Source of the DNA: Sphyrna mokarran
Lineage: Eukaryota
Reading direction: 5' to 3'
Assembly: GCA_024679065.1 (NCBI GenBank)
Contig: JAGIQG010000004.1
Coordinates: 62,496,001-62,560,000 of the forward strand
DNA length: 64,000 nucleotides
Within the stretch, counting starts at the first letter, position 1; each line of letters begins with the position of its first letter. The notes below the pieces were generated by a model, which saw only the letters and a program-made list of their open reading frames with translations, was not told the origin of the DNA and did no database searches. This document shows, one piece after another, positions 26,338 to 38,939 of the stretch. The position numbers were made by a program, and so were the translations under genes.

Positions 26338-26640
26338 CTCATAGAATGCTACAGTCGTAGAATCCCTACAGTACAGAAGGAAGCCATGGAGCCTGCGTAG
26401 ACAAAATTCGCACGCAGGCTCTATCCCCACAACTCCACGTATTTACGCTTCTAAGGCCCCCGACACCAAGGCATAACTTAGCATGATTCACCTTACACAC
26501 ACACCTTTAGAGTATAGGAGGGGACCGGAGAACGATGAGGAAACCCGCTTTTTCGGAAGCAGAATGTGCAAACATTCATCCAAAGCCCGAATTGAACTCC
26601 GTCCCTCGTACTATAAGACAGTAGTACTAACCCCTGAGCA
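26338..26640 (-). mobile_element. Free V-SINE (HE1-like), degenerate
   Basis: Minus strand shows a tRNA head (gctcaggggttagtactactg; B-box ggagttcaattc), V core (tttgcacattct..gcgggtttcctc..ctccggtcccctcc) and CR1-type tail. Confidence 0.7.
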
Positions 26641-27151
26641 AGCTTATTGGAGAAACATCAGGAATGTTGAATAAGATGTCCATTGAATGGGCACATTCAC
26701 ATTCATGACTATACAAAACGCAATCGTTTCAAACTTATTGTGTCAACCAAAAAGCAATTAAAATGTCGTTCCAAGTTTCATTGCACCACACGCAGAATAT
26801 GTCCAAAAATCGCTTGAGCTTATCTTTCAAGGAAAGATTTATTACCGTCTGTTCACTCATCTTATCGCAATTATCTTTGATTCTACTTTTATAGCATTAC
26901 TAATGAGCAACAACGTTATAAATAAGGAATCAAGTTGTTCTAGTTTGTATCTGCAACTATATGAAAAGACTCAATTGTTTGATTCCACAGTTCAGGGATC
27001 CATCATTTTTCAGTGCCTCAATTGAACATCAATTCTGTATTATATTCTGAGTTGCCAAATTATGCGGCTAATCTGATTTATGGGAGCAATACTGAAGATT
27101 CAAACCCGTTAGTGATAAGGTTGCATGATGCAGTCTACTGCATATCCTATT

Positions 27152-27910
27152 TTAGAATAGAATAACAAATGTGTAGAGAATAGGGCTAATGGTAGGACAC
27201 TTAATAGTGTTGACGAACAGAGGGATCCAGGTGTATATGTGCATAGATCCCTGAAAGTTGGCAATCAAGTCGATAAGATTGTTAAGAAGGCATACGGAGT
27301 CTTGGCTTTTATTGGTAGGGGGATTGAATTTCGGAGCCGCAACGTCATGTTGAAACTGTACAAAACTCTGGTGCGGCCGTACTTGGAGTATTGTGTGCAG
27401 TTCTGGCCGCCACATTATAAGAAAAATGTGGAGACATTGGAGAGGGTGCAGAGGAGGTTTACCAGGATGTTGCCTGGTATGGAGGGCAGGTCTTATGAGG
27501 AGAGGCTGAGGGATTTGAGGTTGTTTTCATTAGAAAGCAGGCGGCTAAGAGGAGACCTTATTGAAACATATAAGATGATCAGAGGTTTAGATAGGGTGGA
27601 TAGTGATAGCCTTTTTCCTCGCATGGAGAAAGCTAGCACGAGGGGACATAGCTTTAAATTAAGGGGTGGTAGTTATAGGACGGATGTCAGAGGTAGGTTC
27701 TTTACCCAGAGGGTGGTGAGGGTATGGAATGCCCTGCCTGCAGCAGTTGTAGATGCGCCAAGTTTGGGGGCGTTTAAGTGGTCAGTGGATAGGTTTATGG
27801 ATGAAAAGGGAATGGTTTAGATTAGAGGGTCATTGCTTTTTTCTTAACTGGTCAGCGCAACATCGAGGGCCGAAGGGCCTGTTCTGCGCTGTAATGTTCT
27901 ATGTTCTATT
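27152..27910 (+). mobile_element. CR1-A-related 3' fragment in receptor intron 3
   Basis: ORF 27239-27820 (ORF2 C-terminus), gttctat tail, ctattt on both flanks. Confidence 0.93.
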
Positions 27911-28062
27911 TAAAACCAACAAATTTGGAAGCCTTCAACCAAATAGATTGATCAATATATGAGCATCAAGCTTCTCTAATAATAATTTCCGATGCATTAT
28001 CGTTTTTCATGCATTTTTGTGAAAGGCGAAAGGCTAAACAATCATCGTTCATATAAGATTAC

Positions 28063-28365
28063 CTTCATCAAAAAAGGTATAGCTGGTATTTGCTGGTATT
28101 GAGCTGGAAACGTGGTATATTTGACAGATATAAACTGTGCCTTGTTTGATCGCCTGCTGTTTCAGGGTGCTGACAACTTCAAAAAGCCCCTCGAAATTCG
28201 CTTGTCGTTCATTTTGAAATCCGCTGACAATTTGAGCACCGTTTTTGTACCAAGTGAGGTTAAATCCTTTAGGGTAAAAAGCCGCAGTTTTGCACTGGAG
28301 ACTAATAGTAGCAGATGATATCTCTTCAGATGATATGGACATAATTTTGAGGGGAATCGGTGGAG
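28063..28365 (-). CDS. Exon 3, C1-set Ig domain
   Basis: Acceptor ttgaatttag, donor G|gtaatc, 303 nt, phase 1-1. LQCKTAAFYPKGFNLTWYKNG...YICQIYH matches the C1 signatures CxxxxFYP, WxxNG and YxCxV/IxH. Confidence 0.93.
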
Positions 28366-30745
28366 CTAAATTCAAGATAACAATACACATAAATTGTGAA
28401 ATTAAGCTTCTGCTCAAAAAAATGTAACTTTATCAATTATGCACAGCTACTTCACGGCAGCAAATTGATGCAATAGTCAGTATTTTCATACTGTTGCGTG
28501 GTGTTTTTCATAGAAGAAACAACAAAACAGCACGGGAAACAGGCCCTTCGGCCCAACGAGCCCGCATCACCACCCCGATGTTCCCACCTCTACCCGCGAT
28601 CCCTGTCCATGCTTATAGATCTATGGATTAAAAACCAACTTTGAGACAATTTAGGGAGAATTTGTTTTGACAATTAGCCTAAGAACACATCTTTGGAATG
28701 TTGGAGGAAACCGGAGCACCCGGAGAAAACCCACGCAAGCACGGGAGAATGCGCAAACTCCCGCAGATACAGGCCCAAATCCATGTATCTGCACAGCACA
28801 GCGATAGTCACTGAGCTGTCGTGTTGCCCATCAAATGGTCCAGGTCAAGCGTACACTAACGTCGTGAAGCACTAGGATACTCTTGAAAAAAAAATCCAAG
28901 AGCAACCCTCTCATGACCCATCGCGTGTATGCCCCTCGTTAGACGACAAGGTAGACCAAAGCACTGCAGGATAAAAACAAGTCCATCAATATCATCATCT
29001 ATTTACACTTCCCAGGAACTCCCAAGGCTCATGATCCCTATTTTAAATCAGTTTTATATACCCTTCATTCCCATTCCTTTCACGTTCCCATCTAAGTATC
29101 CCTTAAATAATTCCAAAGTGTCTGCTTCCACCATCTTACTTGGCAGCGCATTCCACACCCCCACCACCCTCTATGTGAGAAAACTCCCTCTAGCATCGAA
29201 ATTATACCTTACCAACCTCACCCTAAGCCCGTGACCTCTCGTGCTATTCGAGCCCACCCTAGGAAAAAGCTTAACCCTGTTTACTTTATCTATACCCCTC
29301 ATAATCTTGTACACCTCTACTAGATCTCCTCTAAGTCTACGTCTTTCTATGGAAAAGAGTCCCAATTTGCCTAACCTCTCTTCGTAACTCAGACCTTCCA
29401 TACCAGGCAGCATCCTAGTAAACCTCCTCTGCACTCTCTCCAGAGTCTCCATGTCCTTCCGGTAGTAGGGCGACCAAACTGGACGCAGTATTCCAAATGA
29501 GGTCAAACCAACGTTTTATACAACTGCAACATTAAAGGCCAGCTTTTGTACTCTATTCCCCTTCTTATAAAGGCTAGCGTACTCTATGCTTTCTTCACAA
29601 CCTTCTCCACTTGCTCTGCCACCTTCAGAGACTTGTTCACCTGCACCACGAGGTCCCTCTGCGTTTCTATACTCTTAAAGGGTTTACCCTTTATCATATA
29701 CTTCCCCGGACATTGTTTCTCCCGAAATGCATCACCTCACATTTATCAGGATTGAATTCCATCTGCCATCTACCTGCCCAAGCTACCAGCCTATCTATGT
29801 CCTGCTGCATCACCTTACAATGCTCCTCACTATCCGCAAGTCCAGCCATCTTTGTATTGTCTGCAAACTTGCTGATCACTCCGCTTACTCCCTCTTCCAA
29901 GTCATTTATATGTATTACAAGTAGAAGAGGTCCCAGTACCGAGCCCTGCAGCACACCACTAGTGACCAACCTCCAGCTAGAAAAACACCCTTCCACTATT
30001 ACTCTCTGTCTCCTATTACCAAGCCAGTTACTTATTCATCTAGCTACCTGTCCTTGTACCCCATTAGCCTTGATCTTTTCAACTACACTCCCATGACGGA
30101 ATTTGGCAAACGCCTTACTAAAATCGACATAGACGACATCAACGGCTCACCCTTCGTCCACCGTTTTCGTCACTTACTCAAAAAATTCTACCAGATTCGT
30201 AAGGCATGACCTCCACTTAACAAATCCATGCTGTGTATACCTAATCAGATTGCAACGCTGTAAGTGCATATACATCCTATCTCTAAGAATCCCCTCCAAA
30301 AACTTCCTTACCACTGACGTCAAACTCACTGGCCTATAATTCCCAGGGTTATCCCTATTACCCTTTTTAAACAACAGTACAACATTAGTTATTCTCCAAT
30401 CCTCTGGGACCTCACCTGTGTCCAAGGAAGAGACAAAGATTTGCGTCAGAGAGCCAGCAATTTCACCTCGCGCCTTCCTAAGCAACCTGGGATAAATGCC
30501 ACCAGGCCCCGGAGATTTATCACTTTTAATGCTACCCAGAAGCTCTAACACTTCCTCCCTCGGTATGGATATTTACCTCAACTGTTCCACAGCTCCCTCA
30601 GAGACAGAAGCTGTCAACAAGCCCCTCTCCTTCGTGAATACCGACGCAAAGTATTCCTTCAGGATCTCCACCATTCCCTCGGGCTCTAAGCACAGATTCC
30701 CTCCTCTGTCCCTAAGAGGTCCGATTATTCCTCTAACCACCTTTT

Positions 30746-31640
30746 AGAACATAGAACATAGAACATTACAGCGCAGAACAGGCCCTTCGGCCCTCGATGT
30801 TGCGCCGACCAATTAAGAAAAAACAATGACCCTCTAACCTAAATCATTCCCTTTTCATCCATAAACTTATGTACTGACCTCTTAAACGCTCCCAAACTTG
30901 GCGCATCTACAACTGCAGCAGGCAAGGCATTCCATACCTTTACCACCCTCTGGGTAAAGAACGGACGGATATCAGAGGTAGGTTCTTTACCCAGAGGGTG
31001 GTAAGGGTATGGAATGCCCTGCCTGCGGCAGTTGTAGATGCGCCAAGTTTGGTGGCGTTTAAGAGGTTAGTAGATAAGTTTATGGACGAAAAGGGAAATG
31101 GTTTAGGTTAGAGGGTCATTGCTTTTTCCTAATTGGTCGGCGCAACAGGCCGAAGGGGCTGTTCTGCGCTGTAATGTTCTATGTTTTTACCAGGATGTTG
31201 CCTGGTATGGAGGGCAGGTCCTATGAAGAGAGGTTGAAGGATTTGAGGTTGTTTTCGTTGGAAAGGAGGCGGCTAAGAGGGGATCTTATTGAAGCATATA
31301 AGATGATTAGAGGTTTAGATAGGGTGGACAGTGATAGCCTTTTTCCTAGGATGGAGAAAGCTAGCACGAGGGGACACAGCTTTAAATTAAGGGGTATGAG
31401 TTATAGGACGGATATCAGAGGTAGGTTCTTTACTCAAAGAGTGATTAGGGAGTGGAATGCCCTGCCTGCAGCTGTTGTAGATGCGCCAAGTTTGGTGGCG
31501 TTTAAGAGGTTAATTGATAAGTATATGGAAGAGAAGGGAATGGTTTAGTTTGGAGGGGCATTGCTTTTTATTTTGGCCGGCACAACATCGAAGGCCGAAG
31601 GGCCTGTTCTGTGCTGTAATGTTCTATGTTCTGTGTTCTA
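30746..31640. mobile_element. Three abutting CR1-A-type 3' fragments (- 30746-30962, + 30963-31183, + 31184-31640)
   Basis: Each fragment ends in the CR1-A stem-loop and gttctat tail. Confidence 0.9.
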
Positions 31641-32230
31641 CGTGAATAATCACATCCGCCTGGATCCCCTCACCCTTCAAAATGCCCTGTACCCTGACAG
31701 ACACATCTTGCACCCCTGCTCCAGTGAGGTAAACTACCATCTGGAGTCCCGCCTTGGACCACAGAAGTGCCTATCTATTACTTTAACCCTCCCATCCCCC
31801 ACCACTATCTCCCTTTTAGCCTCTTTTCTCCCCTTTGAGGTACTCTGGTCCTCGTGCTTTGCCTTTTTTACCCCTCCGCCCTCGATATTTTGGGGGGCTG
31901 CCACTGGGGAAGTCTTTGGACTGTCTCCCTCTCCTTTTTCCCCTTCCTGACAGTAATCCACCTGTAAGTGTCAGGTTCCCCCCCACCCCGGCCCCTTAGC
32001 TCCTGCTCCGCCACGTTATTCTGCCTCCCTTCCACGATTGCTTCATTCTTCCTGACTAAAAATGCATCTTCTAATTGCCGAAGTAGTTGCTTGACCCGAG
32101 CCCTCAGACTCTGCAGCTCCAAACACTTGACGCATACGTGGACGTTCGGCAGAGGTCTTGCCTCCAGGAACTCCCACATATGACACCGTACACAGGTGAG
32201 GCGCCTTCCGTTAATCCCTGCCATGTTCAT
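31641..32230 (-). pseudogene. CR1 ORF1 N-terminal part (zinc finger, leucine zipper, SGNH esterase start)
   Basis: CVRC..CVKC followed by Leu heptads, then IVVGD(S/G) and GAGVQDVS..DVIIHV esterase blocks. Confidence 0.85.
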
Positions 32231-32927
32231 GAACACCTTTGGAGGTGCGAACTTCAATGGAAAACTCAGGCACACTGTGCCTGAGCCTGCTCTCCCCTAA
32301 GCCCCGCGAGCCAAAGCCCTTACATCTCTCTCTCTGCTTCCCTACTCACTCCCCTGCCCGCTCCCGACGCTACCCGCTGTCTACTGCCACTTTTTGTTTT
32401 ACACTCGCCGGTTTCCTTCCCAGCTCGCCCCAGGCCTAACTACAGCAGCAAAAAGCTCTCAAAGAGAGAGAGAAAAAAGCAAATTGAAAAATTCACACTC
32501 AGCCACCAGCACTTCCAAACACTCTGTCCCAGAGAACAATGAGCAATAGGTTTTCATAAGCTTCCAAAAGTTTGAACTGTGAGCTCCGCTCTCTTATAAT
32601 TAGCGAAAGGGCATTGAAAAATTAAACATTGCCAGCGACTATAAGATTATTCATCCAGTTACAATGTTCCCATATTGAAAACGAGTTTTAATTATTAGTT
32701 TTGCCTGTACTTTGCATGGCAAGCTTCGATTCAAGTTGCATTTTTTAAAACATAGGGAGTTGAGAAACTTTGCAGTTTCTCTGCAACTGCAAGTTTTCCT
32801 CTTTGTAGAACATCTGGCCTTCCAATCAAGTGAAAGTGTTTTCTGCGTTCTGCATTTATTTATTTTAATGATCTATTAACCGTCTTTGATTGACTCCATT
32901 GACTAAACATGACATATTTCAACTCAC

Positions 32928-33224
32928 CATATACGACAACTTGCACAGCAATATCGTTCACAATCGTCCGAAGCTGAATTTTGACTGCACAGTGATATAT
33001 TCCAGCATCCGGTATGTCGACATTCAGGAGATGAAGGTACGCTCCACCTTTCATTTTCTGGAAGCGTTTTCCACTGTCCTCCTGTAAAAATCCCTTATGA
33101 CCATCTTTCCACCAGAACGCCATTGCGTTTATAACGTCGGTATGGAAAGGGAAAGGACATCGCAAGGTTACGTTTGTGAATCTGAGCGCCTTTATGGGTT
33201 CCATATCCGACGTGCCCATAGCAA
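32928..33224 (-). CDS. Exon 2, V-type Ig domain
   Basis: Acceptor ttttcttttgatag, donor G|gtgagt, 297 nt, phase 1-1. Encodes NVTLRC..FWWKDG..AYLHLLNVDIPDAGIYHCAV (B-strand Cys, C-strand Trp, DxGxYxC). Confidence 0.92.
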
Positions 33225-33369
33225 CTATCAAAAGAAAAATGAACACACACATGCTAAATCATGCATTTGCAATAAAAGTTGATATGTACTATAAAAATGA
33301 AATCACCCATTCAGTCCACGCGTACCGTAACTGCTAGAGTTACTTTCGAGTTCCAGCATTTGTATCTAC

Positions 33370-33418
33370 CTGGAAGGAAAATCACGAAAAAACATTTGCC
33401 CCAAAGCGACCAACCCAT
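33370..33418 (-). CDS. Exon 1 (signal peptide) of V-C1-TM-ITIM SIRP-like receptor
   Basis: ATG at 33418-33416 gives MGWSLWGKCFFVIFLP, then a CAG|gtagat donor. Phase 1 joins in frame to the V exon (..LPVAMGTSDM..), forming a hydrophobic leader. Confidence 0.8.
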
Positions 33419-34777
33419 GAGTATATATGGACGCAGAGACAATACGCTGGGATTATATATCGAACAGACGGAAATGCGTCGAATGGGCGACTCCTACTTG
33501 ATTATGAACGACTACTGATGCATGGTATCAGAAAGCAAATGACAAGATGGTGCTGAATGAAACAAATGCATATCTTTTCGAACAAGATATTCCGGCATGT
33601 TAATGAGCTGAAATAGTAATTGGAAACAGAACGCAATTACATCAAAACAGACTGGTGAGTGTGGGGCGTGGTGAATGGTATGGATGAGTATATGGTATTT
33701 GACACATCAAGTCCATGAATCGCCATTTTGTTAGCCACCATGGGGGAATAATATTTTATGTCTTCATAATATAGGTCCCCCAAATATATGTGATGGATTC
33801 ACTGTAGGACTGTGTTGATCGTTTAAAGTTCCAAAGCTTCGAAGCTTCTGGTTCATTCAGGCAGCAAACAATGCACAGAGCCTGTCGGATAAATATTACT
33901 TTCATTGCTCGATACACACTCAGATTGTGGGAGATGAGGTAATTTCCCGATAATGGTATATCTGTGGAAATTTCCGAATTTGACTTCTAGTGGTTTTTGA
34001 TATTTTTTCTGAGCAGGGTGTAGACTAGAGGTTTATTGAATTATGCCCACAGTTGGAGCTCGTGCCCAGCTTGTTTTACGCCTCGCCAGTTATCATTTAA
34101 GCTATCTTCATTTCCAACTGTAGATCTGCAGCGTCAGTTTAAAATACTTCTCCAAGTATCCTATGAATAAGAATAAATTCTGAACAATTTACAAATTGCT
34201 GAGTTAAAAACGAGATATACACTTGTCACAAATCAATTAATTTAATATATTTTGCTAATACGTTATATTTCCTCTAGAAAATTTGAACACCATCAGGAAC
34301 AAGAAATTGACCTTAACGTTGACTATAGATATGAAAATCAGGTGTCAAGTGAAAGTCGCAACCAACGACATCAATGTAGCATTTGACCGAGTTTCAAGGA
34401 GCTCTAACTTAACTGGCGTCAACGGGAATAAGATGAAAAACGCTCCGCTGACTGAAAGCATACCGCAAACCTGAGACAACAAAGGGTTCTTTTTGTGAAT
34501 TTATGTCAATTATCTCAGATCCAGGACAGCAATGCAAGAGTTATTCGGTGTGATGTCCTAGACCCAAACATATTCAGCTGCTTCTTCAATGACCTTACTT
34601 TCATCATAACGCCGGAAGTGTGGAATTGTTTTCACGTGACTGCTGAATATTGACAAGAATTTGCGAGTCATCAGACACTGAAGCAGTCTATAGAGGGAGA
34701 AAAAAAAAGGCCTGTACAATATCCAAGCATTAGCTGAAAACAATAAAAAAAATCACGCCACACAAGCGCCAAGCATC

Positions 34778-35993
34778 TGAAAAAGTGACCAAAGAGGTGG
34801 ATGGGGGTAAGGCGGTTGATGTGGTATATATGGACTTTAGTAAGGCGTTTGATAAAGTGGCCCATGGAAGACTTCTGCAGAAAATGCAGATGTATGGGAT
34901 AGAGGGTGATTTAGCTAATTGGGTTAGGAATTGGCTAGCAGATAGCAGACAGAGGGTGGTGGTTGATGGGAGATATTCATCGTGGAGTTCGGTGACAAGT
35001 GGTGTACCTCAGGGGTCTGTTTTGAGGCCCCTGCTGTTTGTAATTTTTATAAATGATCTGGATGAGGGTATTGAAGGATGGATTAGTAAATTTGCAGATG
35101 ACACTAAAGTCGGTGGAGTGGTAGATAGTGAAGAGGGGTGTTATAGTTTGCAGAGGGACTTGGACAAGTTGCAGAGCTGGGCCGAGAGGTGGCAAATGGA
35201 GTTTAATGTGGAAAAGTGTGAGGTAATGCACTTTGGCAGGAATAATAAATGTGTAGAGTATAGGGCGAATGGTAGGATTCTTAATAGTGTTGATGAACAG
35301 AGGGATCTTGGTGTATATGTGCATAGATCCCTGAAAGTAGGCAGTCAAGTCGATAAGGTTGTTAAGAAGGCATATGGAGTCTTAGCTTTTATTGGTAGGG
35401 GGATTGAATTTCGGAGCCGCAACGTCATGTTGCAACTGTACAAAACTCTAGTGCGGCCGCACTTGGAGTATTGTGTGCAGTTCTGGTCCCCACATTATAA
35501 GAAAGATGTGGAGGCATTGGAGAGGGTACAGAGGAGGTTTACCAGGATGTTGCCTGGTATGGAGGGCAGGTCTTATGAAGAGAGGCTGAGGGATTTGAGG
35601 TTGTTCTCGTTAGAAAGGAGGCGGCTAAGAGGGGACCTTATTGAAACATATAAGATGATTAGAGGTTTAGATAGGGTGGACAGTGATAGCCTTTTTCCTA
35701 GGATGGAGAAAGCTAGCACGAGGGGACACAGCTTTAAATTAAGGGGTGATAGTTATAGGACGGATATCAGAGGCAGGTTCTTTACCCAAAGGGTGGTTCG
35801 GGAGTGGAATGCCCTGCCTGCAGCGGTTGTAGATGCGCCAAGTTTGGTGGCGTTTAAGAGGTTAGTTGATAAGTATATGGAAGAGAAGGGAATGGTTTAG
35901 TTTGGAGGGGCATTGCTTTTTATATTGGTCGGCGCAACATCGAAGGCCGAAGGGCCTGTCCTGTGCTGTAATGCTCTGTGTTCTATGTTCTAT
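34778..35993 (+). mobile_element. Young CR1-A 3' part with uninterrupted 371-aa ORF2 C-terminus
   Basis: ORF 34785-35900, ~90-nt 3'UTR, tgaaa shared at both junctions. Confidence 0.96.
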
Positions 35994-37361
35994 GAAAGAG
36001 ATTACCGTGCTGTTAACGGTGCATGATGCTCACATCACTGAGTCCTTCATTGTCAACGTTCTGGGGGTTTCCATAGAATGGAATTTAAACTGGTCTAGCC
36101 ACATACAAGTGTGGCTTACGCCACAATTCAAAGGCTAGGAATCCTGTGGTGAGAATCTATCTTTTTGGTTCCTCAGTGCTTGCCTGTCATTTATAAGGCG
36201 CAGATGTGGACTTTAATGGGAGACACACCGTTTGTTTGGAAGACTGCATTCGCAACAACATTCAGTAAGTTGCACACTATTGAGAACAAAACAGCTCGCT
36301 TGATTGCTCACCCTTCGCATCATTTAATCCAATTACTACCAACAAATGCTTGCAGCCTTGTGCAGTAAATATAAAATGTACTGCACTACAAAATAAAAAA
36401 TGTGCCTGACGTTGTAGCGTCATTGAGAAGACAACAGTTGCAGATACATGCTGGAACAGAAAATGGCCAATTGACTTTGACAACACACAAGAACGAAACA
36501 ATGATCATCTACAATGCAAAATAATCCAACCGTTGATTTTTGACATTCAATGTCATTCTCCTCGCTGAAAATCACAATACCAACATCCAAAGGGTTATCA
36601 TTTACGTGATACGTAACTAAATCATCCATACAAATACGTTGGCATGTACGTGAAATCTGTAAAATAAAGGGTTCATAATTTGAAGTCATACCATGCACAA
36701 ATCAATATGGTTGTGATTGCACGAGGCAAATAATAAACCTCTTGGATATCACTGCAGCAATTCCACAGGGCAATATTCCCCGATTAATGAAGCAATGTGA
36801 TGGAATATCCTCTATGATCTAGATGAATGAAGTTCAGCACGTTCATAACCACACCCTGGATGTTCCCCTCATCAGTCATCATGCAGGCTTGGAAACATAT
36901 TGCCATTCGATCAAAATTCTGGAACTTTCATCTTCCCCGGTCCCCAACGGCGCTGTTGGTATACTTGTAATTTAGAAAATTGCCAAGTCAGTTTGAAAGG
37001 CAACTAGGAATGGTCAGTAAATGTCGGCCTAACTATCAATGTCCACAAAATATAAGTTAAGTTACAAACTGACATGTTTTTCACTGCAGCACGAAATGTT
37101 GATGGATGTTTGCTTCTCGACAACGTACACCGAACCTCGGTCGTTGTATACTTGAAACAATATTAACTGAAAATGTCCCAAATTGCATTGTTTATTGTTT
37201 ACCAGTTCCATCAGCTCACCATCATTTTGACATCAGTTAGTTCAGAAAATCTTTGTACAAGGCTCAATTATGTGTTATAACATAGGCAGTTGCATGAAAA
37301 TCTGGAAACTAAAAGTGTTCATTATTTGCAGTAATACCCAACACAAAGTACCCAAAGGTAC

Positions 37362-37574
37362 TCTTTACCCAAAGGGTGGTTCGGGAGTGGAATGCCCTGC
37401 CTGCAGCAGTTGTGTATGCGCCAAGTTTGGTGGCGTTTAAGAGGTTAGTTGATAAGTATATGGAAGAGAAGGGAATGGTTTAGTTTGGAGGGGCATTGCT
37501 TTTTATATTGGTCGGCGCAACATCGAAGGCCGAAGGGCCTGTTCTGTGCTGTAGTGTTCTATGTTCTATGTTCT
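37362..37574 (+). mobile_element. Short CR1-A 3' fragment with 6-bp TSD aaagta
   Basis: aaagta at 37345-37350 and 37575-37580; CR1-A tail. Confidence 0.93.
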
Positions 37575-38939
37575 AAAGTAACATGGGTGCGGTTGAATAG
37601 GTCAGTCATCTAATTTCCAGAACGTCACCGCAGGAATTTCGCAGGGCCGCCTTCACAGGTGAACTGCTTCATCACTGTCTGTCTTCCGTCATAGGATAAG
37701 AAATGGGAAGTTTTTTGATGTTTCCAAAAGATTCAAAATTACTTGTACTTGACTTTGAAGCATCTAATATTTCAACGGAATAGGCACTGGACAATACCCA
37801 AGCTTGAACAGAGAAGTGCCAGCTGACGTTGACAATACCCAAGTGTGAAACAATGACCGTCTACAAGAAGAAGGAATCTAACTATTGTGACTTCACATGC
37901 AGAGTAGTTTCATTAATGAGTCTCACACTATCGATATCCTATAGGGTTACGATTTAATGGAAATTTACGCAAACCAGCCATATAAGTTTGTTGGCTAAAT
38001 AACAATTCAGAGGCCAGGTATGCTGCAGCGAGTTACTCGTCCGCTAAGTTCAGAACACCTATCTGCCATTAAAAAGGCATGTGATGGGGTATCTTCTATG
38101 GTCTGTATGGATGTAGCTCAGATATTGCTAAATAAGCTCATCCGATTCAGATATGGACTGCCGCTTAATTTGCATCACGTTCACAAATGTTCCACCCTTC
38201 TAACATGGACGAACAACGCAGCAATCTACATGCAAAAGATGCACTGCTGTAAATTTCTAGAATCTCTGAGACAGCACGTTCCAAGCTAATCACTGCTCCG
38301 ATTTGGAAGGACAAGAGAAGCAGGAATATGGAAACATTACCATCGAACAGTTTCCCTTCAAGTCACTCACCATCCTGACGTGGGACTACATCACTGTTTC
38401 TTCACGGTCGCTGGGTCAAAATCCAAGAACTCCCTCCATAACAGTACCGTGCCTGTAAATGCACTACATGGACTACAGCAGTTCAATCAAGACATTAAGT
38501 CCCATATTCTGAAGGGCAATAACCATTGACAATAAACACTGAACTTGCCAAATATTCCTGCATGGTGTAAACTTATAAAAAAGATTCATGAAGTTCAAAG
38601 AGCTTTTGAATAACTGGCAGATATAGCAAATTTAAACTTGACAATAGTTACCCCCAATTTTGGACCAATATCCTCGAGGCTAAAATAAAGTAGAATTTGT
38701 ATTAATCGTCACTGGTGACGTTGTTTGTTGAAGTAATGTCGGAGAAAATCTGGTTATTGAACGATTTTGGTAGTCAATTGCCCAAGTGGCATGGTGGCGG
38801 TCCTTCCATTCTTCCGTCTTAATCCTTAACATTTCATGCACACATGAATTTATCAATATTGCAACATCAGACAGCCTTACAAAACGTAAAACAATGTTAT
38901 TGTTAATTGCATTAATCTTCAGTCTGACTCAGCAGTTTA

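Larger units (their letters stand above)
28513..32549 (-). mobile_element. Originally full-length CR1-B with internal deletion, in receptor intron 2
   Basis: 5'UTR and ORF1 at 31641-32549, RT at 29100-30745, 3'UTR module at 28513-28965. ttttcata lies at both ends (candidate TSD). Confidence 0.85.
34300..38580 (+). mobile_element. About three same-orientation, highly decayed LINE 3' parts (RTE-X-like, tentative)
   Basis: Recurrent degenerate AFDRV, LGP..FSCF.NDL blocks and a shared tail (..ggactacagcagttcaa..aagggcaat..). Related pieces occur at ~39980-41000 (-) and 43200-43365 (+). Confidence 0.5.
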
